Below are positions 1-8,956 of a DNA stretch of 20,000 nucleotides, one piece after another. Source of the DNA: Trichomonas gallinae (Eukaryota). Each line of letters begins with the position of its first letter. Position 1 is the stretch's first letter. Made by a program: the position numbers and the translations under genes. The notes beneath the pieces were generated by a model. That model was not told the DNA's origin. It made no database searches and worked only from the letters and a program-made list of their open reading frames with translations. The stretch spans positions 49,977 to 69,976 of the forward strand of contig MRSU01006018.1 of the NCBI GenBank assembly GCA_008369845.1, read 5' to 3'.

Positions 1-198
1 GATTTCAATTAAATCTTTCCAAACGAAATCCAAATATGAGACATAGAAATGATTTTCACAGGTATATTTTCTGTTATTATTTTTATTAATATATTGATGA
101 AAGAAAACAATATATTTACTATACACGAAAGACATCCATTACAGCATGGAAACAAATAATATACAGCATTTAAAAAACACATTATTTGAAAAATTAAA

Positions 199-768
199 TT
201 ATGGAGTTAATTGAATTTCCATTTTTGTTGGTAAAGTAGCATATGCTTTTCTAATAATTTTCTCTACACGTCTGAGAGAAAGCTTAAAAATGAAACCAAG
301 TTTGCCAATATTACTATCCATAGTAAAATTAGCTATTGGAGGTTCTTCAAATTCAACAAATGTTGTTTCTCCATGAGTTACACTGACTTTTACAGTTATA
401 TCAAAATTTGTAACTAAAAATCTGCATGGAATAATCATTGGTGCACCAGTATACACCATTCCCATTAATCTCATACTCTGGAAATGATCTATTCTTGCAC
501 CGAGAGGATTAACATTTAACTCCATTTTTAATTCTAGCATTGCATTGCCTCTGTATTTGAATATCGCGCTAATTTTCTGTTGTTTTATCGTTAATGATGA
601 TATTCTTGTTAGAGCGACAAAAGGTGGAACAGCTCCTAAATCAATGTTGACCAATCTGACTTTCGAACGAAGCATGGGGTTGGCATCTTCCGGTACTTTT
701 GAAATAGCTTCACGGACTTTTTCCTCGACAAAAGGTTTCAATGCCTCCCAATCAAATTGTAATGACAT
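199..768 (-). CDS. SMP-domain lipid-transfer protein, ERMES Mdm34/Mmm2-like (189 aa)
   Basis: Starting at ATG 768, the protein reads MSLQFDW...NIDLGAVPPFV...FKYRGNAMLELKMELNVNPL...PMIIPC. This resembles the Mdm34 pattern MSF.FNW...LDLG..PP...Y.GDA.L.L.T.VQANPL...LIIP. An Inr-like TCACTTTT (790-783) lies just upstream, so the TTG start at 921 is unlikely. Confidence 0.7.
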   Translation of the reverse strand: MSLQFDWEALKPFVEEKVREAISKVPEDANPMLRSKVRLVNIDLGAVPPFVALTRISSLTIKQQKISAIFKYRGNAMLELKMELNVNPLGARIDHFQSMRLMGMVYTGAPMIIPCRFLVTNFDITVKVSVTHGETTFVEFEEPPIANFTMDSNIGKLGFIFKLSLRRVEKIIRKAYATLPTKMEIQLTP

Positions 769-782
769 AAATTTTTGATCAC

Positions 783-790
783 AAAAGTGA
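783..790 (-). promoter_or_regulatory. Initiator (Inr)-like element TCACTTTT
   Basis: The minus strand reads gTCACTTTTgtgatcaaaaatttATG. This matches the trichomonad Inr TCAY(T/A) about 20 nt before the ATG. Confidence 0.6.
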
Positions 791-1160
791 CATATACCCT
801 GTTTTATTTTTTCACTCCCTGCTTTATTTTTTTCCTGCTCTATTATTTTGTCCCCTTTTTTTATATTGTGGAATGATTCAAGGTAAACACTCTCTATTTG
901 ACATTGGGAACCTAATTGCAACTAGTGAGATATTCGCATTAAATGATAGTATCAAAATATATACATAATGCATCACCATTATATTCGTATTTGATATATA
1001 AACCAGAATTTAACCCAATTCAGATAAATATAATTTGAATTCTGAATTTTATTGAGATTAGGCTTTGGGAACTAGATTTCCTCATTTTCCTATTATGAGG
1101 GTGTCATATCAACAATTATCTCAGTAAAAAATCATTAATAATAAAATATACAAACAAAAT

Positions 1161-2126
1161 TTAAACATGATGGATTCCTTTTGTAAAAATTCTTCCTTTT
1201 TTCACTTCTTTATCTCTTGGGTCTTGCTTTAACAATCTTGCGGCATCTGCTGCCATCATATGTAAGAAGCCAACAATATCTATATAACAACCATTTCCAT
1301 AATCTGCTAAGAGCGACTTAAGCAGAACTTGGTCTTTCTTTCGTTTAGAAATATTCAAAATTGCACTTAATTGCATAAAGCCCAATTTTCCTGTTTTATT
1401 GATATCATACTGTGCAAATATTCTCTTTAATTCATAGAATCTCTGTTCTGAGATCTTTAAATTATTAACTAACTGGATTTCATTTTCCAATTCTGCAAAT
1501 TTTTGATCGATTTTGTTGAATAGCTCTTGTATCTTTGATCTTACTTGTTCTGGAGCGCAAACAGCTAGGTTTATCATCCCTGCACGCTTAACTTCTCCAT
1601 ATGCGATATCTAATTCCTCCAAAGTCATTCTAAACTCAAAGAGAGTATGCTTAGCGTTATTCAGTGACTGTCTCCGAAGATCAAAACCTTCAACAACAAG
1701 ACAAAGCTGGCTTTCTATCCTGTAAAACTCATTTGTTAAAGAAGAAACAAGAGAATTGTAACGAGTGACGTAATTTCCGAGGAAACTCTCTACACGTTTC
1801 TTCGTCTGAGATATCAGCTCTTCGAGTTTGTGAATTGCTTTGTTTACTGACTGCGGATGGTAAGAATTGTCAATTACGATTGTTACTGCAGACTCTGTAT
1901 TTATCTTTACCAAATCATCCCATTTCGACGAGAGATACGCATTTCGCTGTGTTATTTCTTGACTGTCTACATTAATTATTCGATTCAATATAGAAAAACA
2001 ATTTTTATAAGTTTCAATAGACATTTCTATATCACTCATGCTCATTATTTGCGACTTGGCTTTCGAAATTAGTCCAAGAAGCTCTTTCGCTAATCGGCTA
2101 TATTCGTTGTATTTGTCATCACTCAT
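1161..2126 (-). CDS. Coiled-coil/spectrin-like protein with C-terminal EF-hands, resembling the alpha-actinin C-terminal half (321 aa)
   Basis: A long helical region is followed by ISEQRFYELKRIFAQYDINKTGKLGFMQL (EF-hand, similar to actinin ISQEQ..EFRASFNHFD...SG.L) and a degenerate second EF-hand (DYGNGCYIDIVGFL). First ATG is at 2126. The stop lies in a TAAA context. Confidence 0.6.
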   Translation of the reverse strand: MSDDKYNEYSRLAKELLGLISKAKSQIMSMSDIEMSIETYKNCFSILNRIINVDSQEITQRNAYLSSKWDDLVKINTESAVTIVIDNSYHPQSVNKAIHKLEELISQTKKRVESFLGNYVTRYNSLVSSLTNEFYRIESQLCLVVEGFDLRRQSLNNAKHTLFEFRMTLEELDIAYGEVKRAGMINLAVCAPEQVRSKIQELFNKIDQKFAELENEIQLVNNLKISEQRFYELKRIFAQYDINKTGKLGFMQLSAILNISKRKKDQVLLKSLLADYGNGCYIDIVGFLHMMAADAARLLKQDPRDKEVKKGRIFTKGIHHV

Positions 2127-2540
2127 AAATTTGGGGTATTTCAAAAATTAACAGGGATCATTACAATAATTTTGACAAAATAATTTACATTTTGTCATGT
2201 AAAATTTCAAATTTTTTCATCTTCATTTCCATAAAACATGAACATGTCAGCACATTTATATTTTAAAATTTAGAACTTTTCCTATTAATATGCAGTATCT
2301 AATAATATCATCATCCAAATATTTAACCTAGATATATTCGAAGAAATATTTTGGCATGTAAAAATCATTTTGAGAAAAAAATTGACATGTAAAATATATT
2401 TTAAAATAGAATGTAAAAATACAATGATTATACTATATTTCATGAGTAATTCAGCAATAATTACTATATTTTGTCTATCATTTTATGAATTTAATAAAAA
2501 AAAATTATTTAATTTAAAGAATAAAGTTCATATCAAAAAT

Positions 2541-4157
2541 TTATTCATGCTTTCCAGCGAAATAAGCAACATCATTATCATTATCTTTCTGAAGTCTCTC
2601 TTGGAGAGATGCGCATTGAGCAGCCGCAGCTTCTCTGGCTAAAACAACTCTAACATTCGATACAGGATCGACTATAGCCTTTTCAATGACTGAGTCGCAC
2701 TCCTGAACCAAATTGAGCGTAAAAATAGCACTAATAACAGCTTGTCTAACCTGATAATCTTTTGTGTCAAAAGTTGTGGCAAACAGATTCGGGAATGCTG
2801 ATTTCTTCCAATCATCTCCGTAAACAGCGGCAATCTGTGGTAAAACTTTAACCGTATTCTTTCTGACATCTGCACTTTCATTTGTAAGAAGCTTAAAGAC
2901 AAGGGGTATGAAATTATCTGTGAAATATTGCTTGTCTGTTGTACTAGCGATTTCTGGAATAATATTTGGAATGGAAAGCTGTGTTCTCCATGGGCTAAAC
3001 TTAATAAGGTTACCTATGTGCTTAGCAGCTGCACTTACAGCGTAACCTGTCTTAGCGACTGAAGATAAAGCTGATATTTTGACTGAATTGTCTCCATCCT
3101 CTAATAAAAGGGAAAGAAGCGGTGAGCAAAGAGATTCTGGGGCTCCCTGAACATCTCCAATGCTCTTTGCGACTGAAGCGCGAACAGAAGTATTTTTATC
3201 TGATGCCATAGATGTGGCGAATTTTGCGAATTCTTCGACTGTATATGCGTTTGATTTGAAGATAAAAGGCAGAGAACGTGCAATAGAAGCGCGTACTTCA
3301 ACTGCAGCGTCCATTGACGCTGGATCTGAAATTCCCTTGATAATTTCGGCGGCTGGCATATCATTTTGGAAGATTTTAGGGAGAGAATCGGCAAGAACTG
3401 CGCGAGCTTGCCAACGAGGACTTGAAAAAATTCTCTTTACAGAAGCAATCTTGAGATCGATCATTGACGATGGTAAAACAGACAATGCGATTGGCAATTC
3501 AATAAGAACAGCATGAGAAAGATCGTCTGAGAGTGTTGTAATTAGCCTTTCGATAATTTCGAGTTGATCCTGAGTTTTGGTTGTTGTAATAAAAACAGGA
3601 AGTGCCATAGCAAGAGAACGACGAACAATTGTCATCTGATCGACAGAAATTGATGGGAAAAACAAAGTAAGTTTCTTACGCTTTTCGTCTGGATAGAGAG
3701 AGAATGTTGCGCAAAGTATGACAGCTGCAGCAGATCTCAATGGATGCCATGAATCTTCGCACATTTCTTTGAGAATCGGGTAGAAATTAATTGCAAGTTC
3801 CTCCTGATTAGATTTATGAGATAACGAAATGAATGACTTTGTTGCCATTTCTTGAACTTTTGGATCTTCAATTTCGCAAATTTGTTTAAGTAATGCGAGA
3901 ATAACTGCAACGTGGTTCATTCCACCGATTTCTTCGATGATTTGCGGCACCTGTTCTGCGACGTGCATCCAAACCTCCTCTGTGTTATCAATTGTTTCGG
4001 CAATATAAGGAATTAATTCAGAACGAGATCTTTCTGGACCTAATGTTCTTGAGATGACTTTAAGTGATTTAACAGCATTAAGACGCTCATTCAACACTTC
4101 ACTACGAAGATTCTCAATAAGGTCCCTGATCTCGTCGTTGGCGAGGGGCGATGACAT
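2541..4157 (-). CDS. Protein phosphatase 2A scaffold subunit A (PR65-like HEAT-repeat protein, 538 aa)
   Basis: The N-terminus IRDLIENLRSEVLNERLNAVKSLKVISRTLGPERSRSELIPYI matches the PR65 signature. HEAT motifs recur (DSWHPLRSAAA, DQMTIVRRSLA, WQARAVLA, EVRASIA, DPVSNVRV), and it ends with a PR65-like DNDNDVAYFA. Confidence 0.9.
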   Translation of the reverse strand: MSSPLANDEIRDLIENLRSEVLNERLNAVKSLKVISRTLGPERSRSELIPYIAETIDNTEEVWMHVAEQVPQIIEEIGGMNHVAVILALLKQICEIEDPKVQEMATKSFISLSHKSNQEELAINFYPILKEMCEDSWHPLRSAAAVILCATFSLYPDEKRKKLTLFFPSISVDQMTIVRRSLAMALPVFITTTKTQDQLEIIERLITTLSDDLSHAVLIELPIALSVLPSSMIDLKIASVKRIFSSPRWQARAVLADSLPKIFQNDMPAAEIIKGISDPASMDAAVEVRASIARSLPFIFKSNAYTVEEFAKFATSMASDKNTSVRASVAKSIGDVQGAPESLCSPLLSLLLEDGDNSVKISALSSVAKTGYAVSAAAKHIGNLIKFSPWRTQLSIPNIIPEIASTTDKQYFTDNFIPLVFKLLTNESADVRKNTVKVLPQIAAVYGDDWKKSAFPNLFATTFDTKDYQVRQAVISAIFTLNLVQECDSVIEKAIVDPVSNVRVVLAREAAAAQCASLQERLQKDNDNDVAYFAGKHE

Positions 4158-4270
4158 ATTTCAAATGCGGCGGTTTTATTTACAAATTGGGCACTGTCAC
4201 GTTTTTGTTTCCATTTTTTTCAGCGCTTTGGTGCTTTTTTAGTATCATAATCGCAGCTCTTAAGGCTTTG

Positions 4271-4612
4271 TTAGCATGTTTATACCGAAATCTGCGCAAT
4301 AAAATTTGATATTTTTCAACTTCAAAAAAATATTCTAATTATCTACTTTATTATAAATATATATCATTTTTTCTTTATGTATAGTATATTTATGTCAATG
4401 TCGGTAAGATTACATTTGATATTTTTCAACTTCAAAAAATTACTCGAGTTATCCACTTTATCATCATTAAATATCATTTCTTCTTGATTTATAATATATT
4501 TATGCCAAAGTCAGCACGATTCCATTTGATATTTTTCGACATCAAAATATTAATCTAGTTAGACATTTTATCACAAAAATATATCATATATACATTTTGT
4601 ATAATATAATTG
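4271..4612. repeat. Degenerate tandem repeat, 110-bp period, about 3 copies
   Basis: The anchor ATTTGATATTTTTCRAC starts at 4304, 4414 and 4524 (exactly 110 apart). The downstream blocks (atatcat, ataRtata.tt) keep the same register. Confidence 0.85.
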
Positions 4613-4829
4613 TGTGTTAATATTGCAAAAATTGTGCATTTTGTTAATTTTGATTAATATAAACTGAAGCACAATTAGTATTTTTTGATTCTGTTATAAA
4701 TATACATGAAAATACATTTGTTGCAACCAATTATGATATATAATTAGCATCTATTCAAAAGAATCAAAAAATTCCTGATTAATATGCAAAGTGTATATTC
4801 ATATGAATAATAAAAAAGCAAAATAATGT

Positions 4830-7800
4830 TTAAACTATTCGCGGGTTAGCTATAAGTTCAGGAGTTTCAACATGTGTGCCACAAATCTGGCATTGTTTGA
4901 GATCGCACATCAGCTTGTGTGATGCAGGGAATTTGCAATTCGGGCACTCACACCAGTCGTTCTTGCACATGTGCATGCCTGTGATTGTGTCGTATGGGAT
5001 GTTAGTTTTGCACGCTGAGCAGTAGAGCTCGGACACAGGCACATCTGATCCGCAGACCGGGCAAGGAGAAGTTGGTTCCGGTTCCTCGGAAGTGTTCTTA
5101 TGTCTGACTGTTGCCACCATCTTCTTCATCAAATCAGGTGAAATCTTTCCTTCGTATTCTGGCGTGATCAGCTTCGTTGCTGCTTCGAACGCCGACTTCT
5201 TGTATCCCTGACGTGAGCACTCGACAACTGTCATTGCGAGAATGCTGGCCGCGTGCTGGGGGAACTTCGACACGAATTTGGAGACACGCCTCAGCAAGAA
5301 GCAGGCGATACTCTTGTCGAATTCCTTCATTGGCTTGATTTGGAGGTATGAGTGTATTATCATCAAGCTCTGCTTCATCTCCGCGGAGATTGTCTGGTTG
5401 TGTTTCTGAAGCTGGCAGTAAATGTCGAATAAAATGTCCCTCGATTGCCTGTATTCGCCTCTCTCCCTGTATTCATCCGCAATCCTCATCGCTGTGACTG
5501 CTGCTTCATCGAACTGCTTCATGATGATGAACATTCTCAGCAAGTAGCGTAAGTCTTTGCTCTTCATGTTGAGCGACAAATACTCAAGCAGTTCATCTCT
5601 TATCTGCCTGTTGTCGACCTTCTCAGCGAGATCGAGGGCGCCGTCGAGAGCAGCTGGTGAGCCATCTGCCATGTAGCAGTTCATTGCGCGCTCAGGATCA
5701 TCAGCCTTAGCGAAGAACTTGGCTGCGGAAATGTTGTCGTTTCTCGCGCAGAAGTATGCGGCGATTGATTCGTACTGCTGCCTTGTTCCGTTGTTGCCGA
5801 TCAGGTCAGCGAGCTCGTCCATCCTCTGGTGAAGTTCAGCTATCCTGAACGCGTCTTCCGTTCTTCCAGCGATGATCAAGAACTCGATAGCGTACCTGAA
5901 GTTGCCGAGCTGAATGCAATGTTCCGCGACAGCCCTGCAGGCGTCTGCTGTCGGGTGAGCTCTTGCGATAGCTGTTGCTCTGTCGAGATTGACTTTGAGA
6001 AGAACTCTAACGAGGCTCTCCCAGTCGTTGGCGCGCTCGAATGCTGTTGTTGCCGCTTCGAGCTGGCCATTTCTTTCAAGCTGTTTGCCGATAGATACCA
6101 AAACTTTCGAATCATCTACCTTAGGAACAAGTTCTGCTGCGGCTTGCAAATCGTTCGCCCTAACATAACACTGGGCCGCGGAGTTGAATTGCGAGACCTG
6201 TGAGTAGAGCTGCGCAGCCTGCTGGAATGCAGAGAGCCTCTCGAGGATTCGTGCGCACTCTGTAACGAGATTCGTATCTTTAGTCTTCTCGAGCTGCTTC
6301 ATGCCTTGTTCAACTTTGCCCGCAAGAATCAAGCAGCGGATGATGCCGCTTCTTGCACCCTTCTTGAGTCCAGGTGTTTGCAAGGCAGCTTTATACTGGC
6401 TGATGGCAGCTGAGTAGTTGCCAGTGAGCTCGTTTTGGCGGCCACTTTCGTAGGAAAGCTGTGGGATCCTGCTTGGATCGAATTTCTCCGCCAATGTCAG
6501 CGCGCTGTCGAATTGAAGCAGCGCAGATCTCATATCCAAAGCCATTTGTGGCCTCGAAGACTCCAAGAAGTTCTTCTGTGCGCCATTGAAATCCCTGTTG
6601 AGCATGGAAACATAGCCGCGAAGGAAAGAAAACTCTTCCTCTCTTTTGACAGGCGCGAGAATATTGTAGCTTGCCGCATCTCCGCAGCATGCATAAGCAT
6701 CTGCTGCTATTTCAATCGCGAGGGCTGCCAACGCAGAATCAGCTACTTCCTTGATTAAAGCTTTGTCGCCGATTCGCAGAGCAGTCTGCAGAGCCTTCCT
6801 ATGCCTGTGGATTGTCAATAGCTGTCTGACACATTCTGGTGTGTCCCTGCCTAATGCTGAGTGCGAAGGCATGGTGAATGTCTGCTCAGTTGACTGCGAA
6901 TCAAGGAAAATGAGGCAGCCGTCGAAGAAACCGAGTGGAGACTTGAGTGTTGGAAGCTCAGCGACGCATAATTGCTTGAGTTCTGAGTCAGAAACATTGT
7001 GATCAGTAATGTGGTAAACGGCGCATGTTTTCGGCGCGAAAACAGCGAAAACTGAGCGATCAAGCATGTCAAACAGAGCTGTTGATGCATCTATCTGCTT
7101 TCCTTCGCTCTTGACTTCGAGTGTTGTGCGTTTTATTGGGTTGAAAATGAAGATTCCATGTCCGGAGTCAATGAAAATGAAGCGAGTTTCACTTCCATTC
7201 GCTCTGATGGATATAATAGGAGATGGATGTTTGTAGCCGTCCAAAAACGCTTGGTTGCGTGTATTGAAAATCCTCACTGTTCCATCATCAGTTGCAAGCA
7301 AAAGTAATGGTGTTGTAAGGCAGAATGCTGTGACTTTAGCGTTAGTATCGAAGTCTGGGAATGTAAATGGTCTCTTTGAATTATCGAAATAGTTTAACAT
7401 TACTTTTCCACCCATCATGACTGCATAGGCTGTTTCACTGACCTGTATAGAGTCTATTGTTGCAGCAAGCTCGGCTGTTGTTATCTGCTGGCATGTTTTT
7501 GTATCATAGAAATAGCATTTGTTGTTGAAAGCTGCTGCAACGATCGAAGGACAGATTCCAAGCTTCTGCGGTTGGTAGTCGACTGTGATTGGCTTTGTAG
7601 TCTTCTTGTGCATGTCATAAACAACGAGCTGAGTCAGTGTCTGGCTGTAGACGCATAACGTTCCATTTGATGCACTCAAAATTGGAACTTCTACTAAGTA
7701 AACAAGAACAACGCCGTCATTTGTTGAAACAGCGCCGAGAGAACCATCAGAAGCTAAAGCAATAGCACATACATCACCTTGCACATCATTGGGGAACCTA

Positions 7801-8696
7801 ATCTGCTCATCAATTATGTTCTTTGGATCATCTAAGTTGATTAATTTAACTGATGGACCATTTCCAACGAGTGCCTTTGTGTGGATGGAATCTGCTGACG
7901 TGACAGATGATGGGAAAGCGTGCCTCTGGATGACAACTTCGGAATCAAAGTTAACTAAGAAGAATTTTCCATAAGTGAATTGAACGTAAACTAAAGCGTT
8001 TGTTAATGTGATGCATTTGATGATTTTTCCTAAACTTGGTTCGAATTTGAGCTTCTGTGGGGCTGAGCCATTGCCGTATTCCCAGAAATACAATGTTGGT
8101 GAATTTGCACTAGCGAAAACGAGCGTTAATGTGCTGTCTACTGTAATGAATTGAGGGAAAACAGGTATGTCACCGATATCTTGACGTGCAATAACCTTTC
8201 CTTTAACGTCCGAAACAGATATTGACTGATCGAGTGAGCAAAGGGCAAGATGGGACTTGGAATTCCAGCTTCCATCGACAATTGCGCTGTCATGTGTACC
8301 CTGATAGTTCTGAGACTGTCTTGAATTCAAATCACAGATCCAAAACTTCCCTTTATCTGAGCCAACAGCGAGAAAAGAGTTCCTTTTAGAGCACTGTAAC
8401 CATGTAGCAATGAATGGAGCTTCAATTTGGCTTGCTTCACTTGTTGCGACATTAATTAAAACGATTTCTGGATTATCTGAGCTTGAAACGACTAATATCT
8501 TTGATTGTGAGTCCCATTCGAGGAATTTTGGATTTGGAATCGGCATAGACATAAGTTTTGATCCATTCCTATCAAAAATGAAAACTGTGCCATTATTTCC
8601 AAAGCAGGCTAAGTACTTCGAGTCCCTGCTCCATTTGATCACCGGCGTCGAGCCAGGACCAAGGAAGGATTCGTTGATATTAAAAACAAGCTGCAT
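4830..8696 (-). CDS. IFT144: Intraflagellar transport protein 144 (WDR19/DYF-2), IFT-A core subunit (1288 aa)
   Basis: N-terminal WD40 propellers and a TPR-like solenoid. Family motifs include LMIIHSYL, LLRRVSKFVSKFPQHAASILAMTVVECSRQGYKKSAF and AQKNFLESSRPQMALDMR. The C-terminal Zn-finger reads SPCPVC...C..C...IPY...TG.HM...DWCECPNCKFPA...CQICG. Confidence 0.93.
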   Translation of the reverse strand: MQLVFNINESFLGPGSTPVIKWSRDSKYLACFGNNGTVFIFDRNGSKLMSMPIPNPKFLEWDSQSKILVVSSSDNPEIVLINVATSEASQIEAPFIATWLQCSKRNSFLAVGSDKGKFWICDLNSRQSQNYQGTHDSAIVDGSWNSKSHLALCSLDQSISVSDVKGKVIARQDIGDIPVFPQFITVDSTLTLVFASANSPTLYFWEYGNGSAPQKLKFEPSLGKIIKCITLTNALVYVQFTYGKFFLVNFDSEVVIQRHAFPSSVTSADSIHTKALVGNGPSVKLINLDDPKNIIDEQIRFPNDVQGDVCAIALASDGSLGAVSTNDGVVLVYLVEVPILSASNGTLCVYSQTLTQLVVYDMHKKTTKPITVDYQPQKLGICPSIVAAAFNNKCYFYDTKTCQQITTAELAATIDSIQVSETAYAVMMGGKVMLNYFDNSKRPFTFPDFDTNAKVTAFCLTTPLLLLATDDGTVRIFNTRNQAFLDGYKHPSPIISIRANGSETRFIFIDSGHGIFIFNPIKRTTLEVKSEGKQIDASTALFDMLDRSVFAVFAPKTCAVYHITDHNVSDSELKQLCVAELPTLKSPLGFFDGCLIFLDSQSTEQTFTMPSHSALGRDTPECVRQLLTIHRHRKALQTALRIGDKALIKEVADSALAALAIEIAADAYACCGDAASYNILAPVKREEEFSFLRGYVSMLNRDFNGAQKNFLESSRPQMALDMRSALLQFDSALTLAEKFDPSRIPQLSYESGRQNELTGNYSAAISQYKAALQTPGLKKGARSGIIRCLILAGKVEQGMKQLEKTKDTNLVTECARILERLSAFQQAAQLYSQVSQFNSAAQCYVRANDLQAAAELVPKVDDSKVLVSIGKQLERNGQLEAATTAFERANDWESLVRVLLKVNLDRATAIARAHPTADACRAVAEHCIQLGNFRYAIEFLIIAGRTEDAFRIAELHQRMDELADLIGNNGTRQQYESIAAYFCARNDNISAAKFFAKADDPERAMNCYMADGSPAALDGALDLAEKVDNRQIRDELLEYLSLNMKSKDLRYLLRMFIIMKQFDEAAVTAMRIADEYRERGEYRQSRDILFDIYCQLQKHNQTISAEMKQSLMIIHSYLQIKPMKEFDKSIACFLLRRVSKFVSKFPQHAASILAMTVVECSRQGYKKSAFEAATKLITPEYEGKISPDLMKKMVATVRHKNTSEEPEPTSPCPVCGSDVPVSELYCSACKTNIPYDTITGMHMCKNDWCECPNCKFPASHKLMCDLKQCQICGTHVETPELIANPRIV

Positions 8697-8956
8697 GCAC
8701 GTTTTTAATTTTTTGAATTATTCATATTTCACGTTATTTGGGATATGTAGCTCATAAACTGCAATTTTTGCGTGGCAATTTTCTCTGAAATCTATGAATA
8801 ACAATTTTGGAAAAAACTGACATAATTTACTTGGCAAATTGTAAATATTTTACATGTCAAGATAACAAATTTTTTGAAAAAGCTATATATATCGGAATCC
8901 TAGCTTGCATTAGTTTAGATATTCTGGTATATACATCAATATATGTAGTATAATCT

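Noticed and set aside
769..921. 51-aa N-terminal extension of the SMP ORF from TTG 921
   Set aside because: It uses a non-ATG start in low-complexity promoter-like sequence. The Inr and the family-typical N-terminus point to ATG 768. The same logic applies to the TTG starts at 2144, 11486, 11620 and 14292.
4169..4176. M3-like GGCGGTTT core promoter element near the PP2A-A start
   Set aside because: It matches the recalled consensus only on the strand opposite the gene and has no paired CCTTT. It is too uncertain to annotate.
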